A stretch of 64,000 bases of DNA from TPA_inf: Saccharomyces. Taxonomy: Eukaryota. The first letter of the stretch is position 1. Each line of letters begins with the position of its first letter. This document shows positions 11,121-21,714 of the stretch, one piece after another. Made by a program: the position numbers and the translations under genes. Below the pieces are notes generated by a model. The model searched no databases and had not been told where the DNA came from. It saw nothing but the letters and a program-made list of their open reading frames with translations. The DNA is taken from positions 1,440,001 through 1,504,000 of the forward strand of contig BK006938.2 in assembly GCA_000146045.2 (NCBI GenBank), read 5' to 3'.

Positions 11121-11145
11121 ACGCGATAATTTTTTTTTCGCGTTT
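11121..11145. promoter_or_regulatory. inverted pair of MCB-like ACGCG cores (aaacgcgataatttttttttcgcgttt) upstream of PLM2
   Basis: 7-bp inverted arms AAACGCG/CGCGTTT around a T9 spacer, ~220 bp upstream of the PLM2 ATG. CGCGAAA on the minus strand resembles an SCB. Confidence 0.4.
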
Positions 11146-11352
11146 GTTTTTGTTTCAGAAGAATAAGTAAACACTTCTGCCTCTCCCAAGAAAGTTTAAT
11201 TTCTCTCCTTATTTGCCGTTTCTATCGTTACTAGCAACGGGGAACAATATATAGAAGCGTTTTTTTTTTTGGTATACTATTTACACAATATTTGCCGATT
11301 TCATTAGTCTTTTCGCTAGAAGTTTCACGACAAAATCGTCACAATTTTGGTT

Positions 11353-12918
11353 ATGTCCCATCTCTTCCCACCATCATCACCAGTTGCTGGTAAACCTTTG
11401 GAAAGCCCACAAAAAGAACCTGGTAAGCTTGCTAATACTTCTGTATTGACCTTAGGAAGAAAACGGTATAATTACGAATTGGAAGAGTATCCTACTCCAG
11501 ACCCGTCGTCTAGCATCGGAAGACAATCTTCACCAGTGAAAGATATCACTTCACGTTTAAATGAGACCAAATCTGCCTTGTCATCTCCTTCAAAGCAAGA
11601 AAAGGTGCTTGCAGGCCCTATCGAGATTGAATTAGATGCATCGGATCCCTCACGTTTAGCCATCGGTAGGAAAAAATCAGTCTGCAACATTATTTTGCCA
11701 TGCAGAAAGAATATCTCTAGGCAGCACGCTTTTATTTCATACGCCGCCGACAGAAATGAAATAAAATTGGAATGTAATGGAACTAATGGGTTGTCCGTTC
11801 ACTTGCCTTACTCCATGCAGTTGCATTTGGTAAAACCCTTCCCAACAAGGAACTTTTATAAACTAGTGGCAGAAGAGCCTTTGACCTCGCAAAATACTAA
11901 ACAATCGCATGGAAAAACTCTTCAAAAGAACCAAAACTTCATCAGCTTTGTTTTGGCTAAAGGTGAAACTGTTACTTTCCCCTATATCCAAGGAAGTTTC
12001 ATAAATTTTACAGGCGTCACAGTCTGTCTTTCATTGAAAAAAGTAGCACCTTATCCTGGCGATGGCAACAATAACTTTGACGAAGAGAACTCGACAGAAA
12101 CGGAGGATGAGTTGTGTTTATTAACAACAACGAGCGATGATTTTTCTTGGCAAAAAGAAACACCTTCGATGAAATTTGTCCCAGTTGAGCATTCACCTCG
12201 TACAGAACAGATCTCAAAACCATTACTTATTGCATCTCCTGCTCTTGTGAAAAACTCCCCCATTAGTTATAGAACAACACCCCAAACATCTTTCGTTATT
12301 AATCAGCCATCAACTCCAAAGAAACTGAAGCGTAAATCAATTTCATTGAAAAATAACACTATACAAGAGACACCACTTCCTAAAGATAAAATAATTGGGA
12401 CATTAAGTGCCAGTACTAGGAGTGGTGGCATTAATGAAGAAGAATCTTTCGCAGCAGTTGCAAAAAAAACTAAAGAGCTGTCTTCTACAACCGCGATTGT
12501 ATCTCCTGCACAAAAACGTCTTAAGACTTCATTGAATATTATTCCCGAAATTTCTCGGTCGCTCTCAGAAAGAGGAATTCGGTTTGATGACCTAGTTCAT
12601 GTGCTATGTAATCATCTTGCATTTTCTAACCTTCAACAAACGCCTTTATCCCAATTGCAAAACATCAATTCCAACACTTCACAATTAAGCAAAGATGAAC
12701 TAAAAAAGGTCTTGGAGACTATTTCTTGCATTGGTATTATTGTGCGTGAAGGAAAAGATGCGTCTGGCAAGCCATTAGAAGACGAGTATTACTATGATGT
12801 TGAAAACGATGATAGCGACGAGAGAAAGATTTTGTATAATTCGTTAAAAGGCAGGAGCCGATTAAGGTCGTGCAGGAAGAAACATAAACAGTATTTCTGG
12901 AAGAGGCCGACCAAATAA
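11353..12918 (+). CDS. PLM2: FHA-domain protein Plm2 (521 aa), G1/S-regulated
   Basis: The track ORF begins at a TTG at 11347; the first ATG is at 11353 (MSHLFPPSSPVAGK). FHA-like region ICNIILPCRKNISRQHAFISY. Confidence 0.8.
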   Translation: MSHLFPPSSPVAGKPLESPQKEPGKLANTSVLTLGRKRYNYELEEYPTPDPSSSIGRQSSPVKDITSRLNETKSALSSPSKQEKVLAGPIEIELDASDPSRLAIGRKKSVCNIILPCRKNISRQHAFISYAADRNEIKLECNGTNGLSVHLPYSMQLHLVKPFPTRNFYKLVAEEPLTSQNTKQSHGKTLQKNQNFISFVLAKGETVTFPYIQGSFINFTGVTVCLSLKKVAPYPGDGNNNFDEENSTETEDELCLLTTTSDDFSWQKETPSMKFVPVEHSPRTEQISKPLLIASPALVKNSPISYRTTPQTSFVINQPSTPKKLKRKSISLKNNTIQETPLPKDKIIGTLSASTRSGGINEEESFAAVAKKTKELSSTTAIVSPAQKRLKTSLNIIPEISRSLSERGIRFDDLVHVLCNHLAFSNLQQTPLSQLQNINSNTSQLSKDELKKVLETISCIGIIVREGKDASGKPLEDEYYYDVENDDSDERKILYNSLKGRSRLRSCRKKHKQYFWKRPTK

Positions 12919-13309
12919 CCTCAAAGACATTCTATATTTCAACCTTATTTCCATAGCATAGTCATATTACCACGTGGAGCATCATGAAAAAAACTGGTAA
13001 AACTCGTCAAAAAGTTCTAAAAACATAAAGTAATATTTTCTATATATTTCCGTTGAAGGAGCTAATACATAATCCATACAAAATAGATCATTATGCCTAG
13101 ATGTTATTCTATTGGTGTTTGTCAAGTTTAAGAATGTTTAAAACTTTTCTATTGTATCATTTTCTAGTAATTACATGACTCGAGTTGAGCGAATCAAACG
13201 ATAAGGCATCGTCTTCTCAATATAGGGAGGTGATCGGGACCAGCCTAGCATAAAGAAAGGGATTGAAATAATTATAAAAATCAAAATAAAACATTTATTG
13301 TCTAAATGT

Positions 13310-14464
13310 TTAAAATTCCAATTTCTTTGGTTTTTCCCATGAGTACTCTTGATTAGTGAAGTGACCATAAGAAGCGGTTGGTAAGTAAATTGGTCTAGCC
13401 AAATCTAATTCCTTTACTAACACACCTGGTCTCAAGTCGAAGTTCTTCTTAATAATTTCAATGATTTCGTCATCTGATTTTGTAGCTGTACCATAGGTGT
13501 CCACATGTAAAGACAATGGTTCAGCAATACCAATAGCATATGAAAATTGGACTTGGACTCTCTTACACAAACCAGCGGCAACTAGAGACTTGGCAACCCA
13601 TCTAGCAGCGTAAGCAGCGGAACGATCGACCTTGGAATAGTCCTTACCGGAGAAGGCACCACCACCGACGGATGAGGCACCACCGTAAGCGTCGACAATA
13701 ATCTTTCTACCGGTCAAACCAGCGTCACCTTGAGGACCACCGATGACGAATCTACCGGATGGTTGGATGAAATATTTGGTATTTTCGTCTAACATATCCT
13801 TTGGTATGACCTTTTCAACAATATCTTTTTGAAGTTGAGTTCTCAAGTCAGCGGTGGAAATTTCATCAGCATGTTGAGCAGAAATAACAACGGTATCTAT
13901 CCTCTTTGGAACCCATCTACCATTGTCGTCTTCGTATTCGACAGTGACTTGAGTCTTTGTGTCTGGTCTCAACCATGGGAGAGAACCATCTCTTCTAGCA
14001 TCTGCCATAGCCATGTTCAATTTGTGAGCCAAAAGAATGGTCAATGGTAACCCTTCTGGAGTTTCGTCTGTAGCGTAACCAAACATTATACCTTGGTCAC
14101 CAGCACCTAAGTCTTCTAAGCTCTTTTCATAGTGCAGACCTTGAGCGATATCTGGAGATTGTTGTTCGATAGCTACTAAAACATTACATGTCTTGTAGTC
14201 GAAACCCTTGGCAGAATCGTCATAACCAATCTTCTTGATGGTATCTCTTACTATTTGTTGGTAGTCAAGTCTAGCTTTGGTGGTAATTTCACCGAAAACC
14301 ATAATCATACCAGTTTTGGCAGCTGTTTCACAGGCAACCTTGGAGAATGGATCTTGTTCTAAACAAGCGTCCAAAATAGCATCAGAAACTTGGTCACAAA
14401 TCTTGTCTGGGTGACCTTCACCGACGGATTCAGAGGTAAATAAGAAAGTTTTGCTCTTGGACAT
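13310..14464 (-). CDS. SAM2: S-adenosylmethionine synthetase (384 aa)
   Basis: [25 protein letters not shown]... and GGGAFSGKD motifs. The track ORF is over-extended by 31 codons; trimmed to the ATG at 14462-14464. Confidence 0.9.
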   Translation of the reverse strand: MSKSKTFLFTSESVGEGHPDKICDQVSDAILDACLEQDPFSKVACETAAKTGMIMVFGEITTKARLDYQQIVRDTIKKIGYDDSAKGFDYKTCNVLVAIEQQSPDIAQGLHYEKSLEDLGAGDQGIMFGYATDETPEGLPLTILLAHKLNMAMADARRDGSLPWLRPDTKTQVTVEYEDDNGRWVPKRIDTVVISAQHADEISTADLRTQLQKDIVEKVIPKDMLDENTKYFIQPSGRFVIGGPQGDAGLTGRKIIVDAYGGASSVGGGAFSGKDYSKVDRSAAYAARWVAKSLVAAGLCKRVQVQFSYAIGIAEPLSLHVDTYGTATKSDDEIIEIIKKNFDLRPGVLVKELDLARPIYLPTASYGHFTNQEYSWEKPKKLEF

Positions 14465-14755
14465 GATTATGTTTGTATATTGTCGTAAATACTGGATATA
14501 TTGAAGACAGTTATGTTTTTTAAACCTTTTAAAAAAAGAAAAAAGGGGCAGAAGCAAGATTCTCGAAAATACTTTGTAGAAAGGACAGATATAACCTCCT
14601 TCTTATACGCCTCAAGACGACAGATGACTACCAAAAAGAAATCAAGATCTCCTTGCATATGAAGATTTGACGTCGTTTACAAGAGCTATCTCAGAAATTT
14701 CATCGGTATTTTGGCTTCGGTTAATATCTGGCGTGGACCCATCGGTGGAAAAACG

Positions 14756-14764
14756 CCACAGTTT
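14756..14764. promoter_or_regulatory. Met31/Met32 site (AAACTGTGG, reverse orientation) in the SAM2 promoter
   Basis: ccacagttt on the plus strand, ~295 bp upstream of the SAM2 ATG and 18 bp from a CACGTG. Confidence 0.5.
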
Positions 14765-14781
14765 TCAAGCTCAATTATAGT

Positions 14782-14787
14782 CACGTG
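14782..14787. promoter_or_regulatory. Cbf1 E-box (TCACGTG) in the SAM2 promoter
   Basis: tcacgtgg at 14781-14788. Confidence 0.5.
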
Positions 14788-15041
14788 GGTAGAAATATTA
14801 CACTGCACCGCAAGAAAGTACGACCAGATGAATCACATGTGAAGATGTTAACAAGTTTACATACTTTTTGATCAGGTAAGCTATGCATAATGTCTTAGTT
14901 TTAGTTATGTAAAGAAATGCAAACTTTTAGTGCATATTTTATCTTATATAATAGAGCAAAGCTCGCCAGTGCTCCAGTTGTTACCTGAGAATGAAGCTTG
15001 ATCGGCTTTTATTCTTTCCTGATAGGACTCTGTAAGTGTTA

Positions 15042-15866
15042 CTAAACACTAACCGGTGAAGGAAGTATGTCTCTTTTCGCCAAGTTTGTAAATGTCCATT
15101 TCCAGCAACAATAAATGACTAAAAATGCTAGAACAGCTCCAGAGACAACATCGTACCAATGATGTCTGTGATCGATAACCCTTGAAACCATTACTACTAG
15201 AGCTAATAAAGGGCACCAAATGCAACTTCTTGTATTGCGTGTGGTGAAAACCCTTTGCCAAAGATATGTAAAGCCCATGGTACTGACTATGAAACTTGAA
15301 TGTCCGCTTGGAGTGCTTTTTAAGCCTTCGTATAGAATCCATTTGTTAGTCTGCTTGCAAATGTCCAAGCCAAAAACCAAAGAATCTGAATCACTCATCT
15401 TTTGGAGGTCAGGTATACATCTATCAACAAAGTCAGGCCTCAAGTTTCCTATAATCAACTTTAAGGCGCCTGTTAGGGCAGCATTTATGCTTATAATCAG
15501 CATCAGACATAGAATGCTAGTATGCATGAAGTGAAAATCGTTCGAGATTCCGTCCGGCCTCTCTCTTAGTCTCTTTACTCTATTCTTCTTCAGTAAGTCC
15601 TTGTCAAACATGCAGGTCCAGAAGACGACCATGTTACTCAGTCCAACACTCAAAATCAAACATTCTAGTGGGCCCACGAGTTCGTTAGGTACATAACGTT
15701 TTGATATACTGGGGTCATCAAGACTAAATTCGATGTTTTGGCCCCTAGGTACCAGGGATATCTCCGAATAGAGGAATAATATCGTACATAGACCAATTAT
15801 CATGTACTGAAAGTAGTATAGCTTAAAATACTCCTTATGTTTCTCATCCGCCATGACAGAGATCAT
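15042..15866 (-). CDS. LPP1: lipid phosphate phosphatase, PAP2 family (274 aa)
   Basis: PAP2 motifs KLIIGNLRPDF, PSGHSS and SRVIDHRHHWYDV; multiple TM segments. Confidence 0.85.
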   Translation of the reverse strand: MISVMADEKHKEYFKLYYFQYMIIGLCTILFLYSEISLVPRGQNIEFSLDDPSISKRYVPNELVGPLECLILSVGLSNMVVFWTCMFDKDLLKKNRVKRLRERPDGISNDFHFMHTSILCLMLIISINAALTGALKLIIGNLRPDFVDRCIPDLQKMSDSDSLVFGLDICKQTNKWILYEGLKSTPSGHSSFIVSTMGFTYLWQRVFTTRNTRSCIWCPLLALVVMVSRVIDHRHHWYDVVSGAVLAFLVIYCCWKWTFTNLAKRDILPSPVSV

Positions 15867-16310
15867 CCTTGGTAGAATATGACGAGTTTCCTTAGGCGTT
15901 GATGTAGGAGTTTCTCACTCTTGAAAGCAGTAAAATCACTTCAAAGAATGGCTTTCTTTCTTCCCTTAAAGACTATAAGTTGTCAGGTTTCACGTGGCAA
16001 CTACAAGAAAAAAAATTCTTACGCGTGAACCAAAACAAAAATTATCAACCAATACATGTCGACAAATAATGAATTAGAGCAATAGCCACGATAACAGACC
16101 TTGATTAAATGTAAACTACATATAAGTTTATAAGGGTTGGTTGATTCCATTATTTTTTGTTTTTTATATAAAGCCTATGAAAAATAAATGGAAGCGGCTG
16201 TTAGAATATAAAATAGAAGTTGAAACAACAAAAATGTAAGAAAGTTGCCAACAATAAATCTCAAACTTGAAAGTGTGGATCGAGGAATATGGACAATCTT
16301 TAAAAAATTT

Positions 16311-16694
16311 TTAGTCCCGTAGTTTTTCGAATTTTTCCTTACCAGTGACCATGAAACCATGATTGGGAGACGTATAAGTAATTTTTATCAAAGTTAAACA
16401 GAATAATGAACATTTTCTTCTATTTCTCCCTGTGAAGTTTTCATATAGAAAAAAACATAAGGGAAAGAAAATATTGATAATAGAAAGATAGTACCAAATT
16501 GAATTGGCAGGAAAATAGGTAAACAACGAACAGAAACGATAAAACAAAATAACATAAAAAAAGTAGACAAAAATAAAAACAAAAACAAAAACAAACAAAA
16601 ACAAAAACAATGAAAAAATGTTAACAAAATAATGGCAAATGGTTGTCTTTTCTTTTAGAAAATTTATAGTTACAACAAGGAAATAACAGATCAT
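16311..16694 (-). CDS. SPG3: small, extremely hydrophobic low-complexity protein (127 aa), stationary-phase gene SPG3
   Basis: 127-aa ORF rich in F/V/L repeats (FLFLFVFVFVFIFVYFF). It is encoded over an (AAAAAC)n microsatellite. Its ATG at 16692-16694 directly abuts the PSP1 stop codon. Confidence 0.55.
   Translation of the reverse strand: MICYFLVVTINFLKEKTTICHYFVNIFSLFLFLFVFVFVFIFVYFFYVILFYRFCSLFTYFPANSIWYYLSIINIFFPLCFFLYENFTGRNRRKCSLFCLTLIKITYTSPNHGFMVTGKEKFEKLRD
16575..16610. repeat. (AAAAAC)n hexanucleotide microsatellite inside SPG3 (encodes the FVFVFV stretch on the minus strand)
   Basis: aaaaacaaaaacaaaaacaaacaaaaacaaaaacaa. Confidence 0.85.
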
Positions 16695-19220
16695 TTAATG
16701 AAATAATTCGTGAACTAATTCTTCATACACAGCAATCTGAAAGTTGTCGAGTTCAATTTCGTTCAACGGAGGTGCAAAATTAACTCTGTTATTCCCCCTG
16801 TTCTGCGAAAACTCATTGACATTCATTAAATCTTCAGCATTGTAATTTTTTACTATGTTTTGATATAATTTCAGCTCTTTTTGTTGTTTATCATAATACT
16901 TAGAATCAATAGACAGATTATTCGGGATGGCACACAACCAAATTCTTGTCTTGTAATATTTGAACAGCTCTTTTATCAAGTCTCTAAAATCATTTCTCTC
17001 CTCACAAACGTAGTAAAACGTTAATTTCTTTCTATCAAATTGGAATTCTGCGTTTAAAATCTTGATATTCAATTTAGGCTTTGAATAAGTTGCAGCATTC
17101 GTAAAATTATTGGAAGAACTGTCATTTGTATTTTGAGATTTTGAATTATCATTTAACGCTTGTAATTTACTCTGAGCAATATGCAAGGCTTTTAATTCAT
17201 CTTCAAATTTATTGTGCAAATTCGTTGTTACCTCCCACGGGGTGGCAAAACGTAAGACTTGTTTAGATGGTATGATTAACTCAGTTAATTCAACAACATC
17301 ATACAATTTGGGATTTAATTTTTTCTTTTGCCCATTTTTTGAGTCAATCAACATTTGAATAAACTCATCATTGCGATAGTGCTGTGACTCACTTGTAATT
17401 AAAGAGTCAAAGTGAATTTTCTTTTTCAGAAAATTTATAAATAATGCTAAATTCAAATCGACAGAGGGCTCAACAACCAATACTAAATCCCTTCCACGGT
17501 CACCATCAATAATAACCAAGTCACCTCTCTTTAACAACAAATTGGTAGCTTGTGGAGTAGATAGTAGTTCAAGTTTCCCATTTTTCAAAGCAACCAGTAC
17601 CAATGGTGTATAAGGTAAAAAGGAGTTATTAGCATTCCTGCATGATAGTTCTGTTGTGAAAGAGCCCTTCCTCCTATTTTTATTGCCTCCATTATTGGAA
17701 ACAATTCCATTATTCGACTCTGGATCATTAACGTAATTCATGTTGCAACTTCTTAAAATGTCCAAGAAATTTAATAAAGATTGGTATGTATTACCTTCTT
17801 CATCGATTAAGCCCATGTTCTTCGCGTCGTAACTTTCATTAGAATCGTGCAACTTCAGCATTTTCTTAATATTATCTGTGAATTCAAAAACTGCAGAGCT
17901 AGCAAAATAGCCGCTGCCACAGTCGCTGTATAAATCGTGTAAGGTTTTGGACGAAGTCAAGTGTTTACCCTGAATTAAAACTAAACCATTGTCCAAAGAT
18001 ACATTTCCTTCATTGCTGTTCTCGTTCTGAAGGTTATGTGAGTTTGTAGAAGAAGGGACAGAACTGCTTCTTTGAAGTTGAACAAGCTGAACATCATCAA
18101 CACGTTCGCCATTGAAAGAAGTAGGTACATTAACGTTTCTTGGTTGTTGTGGTTGTTGTGGTTGTTGCTGTTGTTGTTGAAAAGTAGGAAGGGATGGATT
18201 GAAGCTCGCTACCGGTTGTGTATTCCGGCGAAACTGTTGCATTGGAACCATATTGTGACTGTTGTTGTTGTTATTACTATTGCTGATACTGGCATTATTA
18301 GGCTCGTTATCATAAGGATACGGAGGTTGTACACCATTTCCAAACTCGGGCACACCTTTGGCGGTCAAATGGGTTGAGTTCAAGTTGTCATAGTTGAATC
18401 TGCTATTGAAAAGATTGAAACCTTGAGCGTGTTGCTGCTGCACTTGGGATGTTTGCTTTTGCCGAGCGTCAGGCATTTGATGGTTGATTAGAGTATCTGA
18501 TATGTAGGAGGATCTCCTAATGGTAGACTCTGGATGAGATGGCTGTTGCCAATTAAATGATGGTACTTGTTGGTTGTTCATACTAGATGGGTTGCCAGCA
18601 CTGTGTGATGGGGCAGCAAAATTGCTGCCGCTATTGGAAGTAAAACCTATGTTTGTTTTATTCATTAAACGCATGTAGTCTGAATCCATCCGATTCCCCA
18701 TTAGGTCGTTTCCATTTGAATGAAATGAATTTCCATTAAATTGCGGGAACGACCGTTGTTGAGCTTGATAATTACCCATTTGAGTAGAGTTTAAATTATT
18801 GTTATTGGATGAAATGGGCGGTGCGGACATCGGCTCTGAATTAGACGAAGACATTTGAAAAGAGGTCAAATTACTGGAAGGGTGTTCTTGAATGAACCCG
18901 TTCTGGTGAGAAAACGGTTGCTGTTGTTGATTTGGCACTGGTGGCAAATACGGAAACCTACCCATAAAATCAATATCGTCAAAAGTCCTCCTGTTTTCCA
19001 TACCATTTCCCGCACTTTTTATTGAGTTTCTCAAATTATTCAGGCCAGCAAGCGGATCAACCGTATCACTTCCTGAATTATTGGAGTTATCATTCAGTTT
19101 ACGGGGTAAATCGGATAGCGATTTTCCGCTGTTATTCTTGAAAAGCAAGTCCTCATAGTAGTTCTTTAAATCCACATTGTCGGAAATGCTTGTTGTGCTA
19201 TTAACAGTTGGGAGGTCCAT
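16695..19220 (-). CDS. PSP1: Asn/Gln-rich protein Psp1 (841 aa)
   Basis: 841 aa, N/Q/S-rich, with a polyQ-P tract (QQQQQPQQPQQP). TAA stop at 16695-16697. Confidence 0.85.
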   Translation of the reverse strand: MDLPTVNSTTSISDNVDLKNYYEDLLFKNNSGKSLSDLPRKLNDNSNNSGSDTVDPLAGLNNLRNSIKSAGNGMENRRTFDDIDFMGRFPYLPPVPNQQQQPFSHQNGFIQEHPSSNLTSFQMSSSNSEPMSAPPISSNNNNLNSTQMGNYQAQQRSFPQFNGNSFHSNGNDLMGNRMDSDYMRLMNKTNIGFTSNSGSNFAAPSHSAGNPSSMNNQQVPSFNWQQPSHPESTIRRSSYISDTLINHQMPDARQKQTSQVQQQHAQGFNLFNSRFNYDNLNSTHLTAKGVPEFGNGVQPPYPYDNEPNNASISNSNNNNNSHNMVPMQQFRRNTQPVASFNPSLPTFQQQQQQPQQPQQPRNVNVPTSFNGERVDDVQLVQLQRSSSVPSSTNSHNLQNENSNEGNVSLDNGLVLIQGKHLTSSKTLHDLYSDCGSGYFASSAVFEFTDNIKKMLKLHDSNESYDAKNMGLIDEEGNTYQSLLNFLDILRSCNMNYVNDPESNNGIVSNNGGNKNRRKGSFTTELSCRNANNSFLPYTPLVLVALKNGKLELLSTPQATNLLLKRGDLVIIDGDRGRDLVLVVEPSVDLNLALFINFLKKKIHFDSLITSESQHYRNDEFIQMLIDSKNGQKKKLNPKLYDVVELTELIIPSKQVLRFATPWEVTTNLHNKFEDELKALHIAQSKLQALNDNSKSQNTNDSSSNNFTNAATYSKPKLNIKILNAEFQFDRKKLTFYYVCEERNDFRDLIKELFKYYKTRIWLCAIPNNLSIDSKYYDKQQKELKLYQNIVKNYNAEDLMNVNEFSQNRGNNRVNFAPPLNEIELDNFQIAVYEELVHELFH
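18133..18169 (-). repeat. CAA/CAG (plus CCA) trinucleotide tract encoding the polyQ/QP stretch in PSP1
   Basis: ttgttgtggttgttgtggttgttgctgttgttgttg on the plus strand. Confidence 0.8.
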
Positions 19221-19727
19221 TTTGCAACTGTATTTCTATTGAGCACTGTATCAGACACCGCTTTTTTTGATTTATCCTTCGTTTTTTTCTCTATAATTCT
19301 CTTGAGCCTTTCAATACACTTTATTCTTTTCTATATACGCTGTTTACTATATCAAAGAACACTCGAACTGATGCTATCTCTGTTTCTAACTGCCGAACCA
19401 ATGAAAAATACAGCTCTTAATTATCAGTGAATCCTTCTTCTTATCCTTTATTTATTTTTGTTTTGTTCCTTTAGCTAAAACACGGATCCGTAATGTTATC
19501 CAACACGATTAGGGGAAGGATTCGTCTCCAAAAAACCGTTATGACCCAATCCTATATGACCTACGGCAGTCAGAGAAATACAGGTTTTCGCACTCGGAGG
19601 CGATTGTCGCCAATGGAAAGCTAGCCGATACTTTTTCCGTCAGCTTTGCGGGTTTTCTTTTTTGCGGCCTTGTAAACGGCTGTGGGAAAAGCGAAAAAAA
19701 GCAATGAGTTGGGAGAAATGGATGTGA

Positions 19728-21554
19728 TTACATGAGCAACCAGTAGAAGATAGCATCAACCGCACACATGATTAGGATGTAGACGGCTATTACCTTGGAC
19801 TTATTTTGTTCAAGTGCGGCTGTATGGACAACAGTGTTAGGGTCAGGTTCCTTGGTAGGGTACGATAATACAGCTGTAGTTGCTTGTTTGGTACTGTCCT
19901 CGGTTGTTGTCGGAACCTCAAAGACAATGCCAAGCCCCTTCATCATGTGCCACTCCACATGACAATGTAAAAGCCATTTTCCGGGCATCTCGGTGTTAAT
20001 TCTCAAAACCGCGTAAGAATTTCCTGCAATGTTAATGCTATCCCTTACCATCGGTGCCTTTCCGGTTCGGGCCAGGTGACGTAAATCGTTCTGATAGCGG
20101 CTCCATGCCTTGCCCTCTTGTACGTCTTTGTGAAATGGGCCATCACCTTTATTGCCAAGAGATATTATCTGGAAGTGATGGCCATGCATATGCCATGGGT
20201 GTCTCATGTGGTCCAGTGAGTTGATTACAATATCATATGTTTCGTTGAATCCGAACCTTACCGGGTCTTTTACGTACTCGCTGAATGTCCGTTCGTTCAC
20301 CTTATACATCCCAGTCCCATACTTTTGTTTCGTGCTTTCATCTTTGTAATAAGCATAATCGAATTCGAAAACTGCAACAGGATCAGCCTTTGTGCGTAAC
20401 TTTTTATTCTCTTCTTGCGTTGGTTCTATGTCGCGATAAAGCTCGGCCTTAGTGAAACCAGGCAAGTGTTCGATGGAAACGTCATTGGGGTTCTTTGGTA
20501 GGTCCAAATGAGCGCCTTCTTTGTAAAACCACCACTGTTTTGTTATATAACCCATCATTTTGTTACAGCCATTAATCATACGAATAAAACTAGTGTCAGA
20601 CTTTAGTTTGACCAAAATTGTATATCTTTGTCCGACCGCTAAATTTATCGTTTGTACAATGAACGGTTTAATCATAATCCCGTCGGCTTCTAGAACAATT
20701 AATTGGAATCCATCAAGGTGAAAGACTTGAGTACCAGACATTCCTGAGTTTACGATTCTCAAAAGAAGATACTCGGTGTTAAATCCTATTTTGATAGTTT
20801 CACCGTCAGATGATTTTCCATTTATTAATGATCCATCAAATTTGGGATCTGTACCCCCGGTAGATGACAAAACCTTGTCGTTTAAAATGTCCAAATTCCA
20901 ATTGGTATACCAATCACTCAAAGTGATAATCCTTTCTTGAACTTCATAATCCGTCAATTCCTTCGTGTGTTTATCTTTTTTCATTGTAACAACACCGTCA
21001 TCTAGTGTCTCTATGTCTCTCACAGAATTAATAGTATTTGCCACATGATTATCATAATCATCGCATTCAACTATCAGAACACCTCTCATACCGTCACCGT
21101 ATTGTACTGATGAATGCGAATGGTACCAAAAAGTACCACAGGTTGATTGATCAATGGTAAAATTATACCAATAACTTTCTCCATATCCAATAGTGGGCTG
21201 TGTTAAACCTGGAATTCCATCAAATTCATTTGCTAAAGGTACCACCCCATGAAAATGTAAAGCTGTTGAACAGTAATCCTTCCAAACATCACTGTCTTTA
21301 CTAGCTTCTTCTTCTGAACATATCCAGTTAGTCAATTTCAAGTTAAGAGTGTCACCGGATTTAACTCGAATTTCTGGGCCAAATGTAGCGCTGTAGCCAT
21401 TTATGGAGATAACTCTTCTCTTATCAAGCGTGTATTCACTGCTCGCATTGAATTCTAAGACATGTATTTTGCCTTCCTTAGCGGCCATAATAAATTTTAA
21501 TAGTATTAAGAGTAGCATTGGCAACTGAACCGGCTTAAGGAGAATGACCTTCAT
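19728..21554 (-). CDS. GMC1: multicopper-oxidase-like meiotic protein Gmc1 (608 aa)
   Basis: Cupredoxin His motifs WYHSHSS, HPWHMHGHHF and HCHVEWHMMKG. The track ORF starts at a TTG (21582-84); the first ATG is at 21552-21554 (MKVILLKPVQ). Confidence 0.8.
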   Translation of the reverse strand: MKVILLKPVQLPMLLLILLKFIMAAKEGKIHVLEFNASSEYTLDKRRVISINGYSATFGPEIRVKSGDTLNLKLTNWICSEEEASKDSDVWKDYCSTALHFHGVVPLANEFDGIPGLTQPTIGYGESYWYNFTIDQSTCGTFWYHSHSSVQYGDGMRGVLIVECDDYDNHVANTINSVRDIETLDDGVVTMKKDKHTKELTDYEVQERIITLSDWYTNWNLDILNDKVLSSTGGTDPKFDGSLINGKSSDGETIKIGFNTEYLLLRIVNSGMSGTQVFHLDGFQLIVLEADGIMIKPFIVQTINLAVGQRYTILVKLKSDTSFIRMINGCNKMMGYITKQWWFYKEGAHLDLPKNPNDVSIEHLPGFTKAELYRDIEPTQEENKKLRTKADPVAVFEFDYAYYKDESTKQKYGTGMYKVNERTFSEYVKDPVRFGFNETYDIVINSLDHMRHPWHMHGHHFQIISLGNKGDGPFHKDVQEGKAWSRYQNDLRHLARTGKAPMVRDSINIAGNSYAVLRINTEMPGKWLLHCHVEWHMMKGLGIVFEVPTTTEDSTKQATTAVLSYPTKEPDPNTVVHTAALEQNKSKVIAVYILIMCAVDAIFYWLLM

Positions 21555-21714
21555 TCTAAACAAGTTGTCCACGGAGTTTTGCAATAATTACTTAATAACT
21601 TTGTTTAACCGCCCAGTATGTGCCACTTTATTAGCTTTGGCCTTAATGTGGACAGCTGAGATGAAGGTGGATCCTCTATGACTATCCCCGAAAAAAATGT
21701 AAACTAAAAAATAT

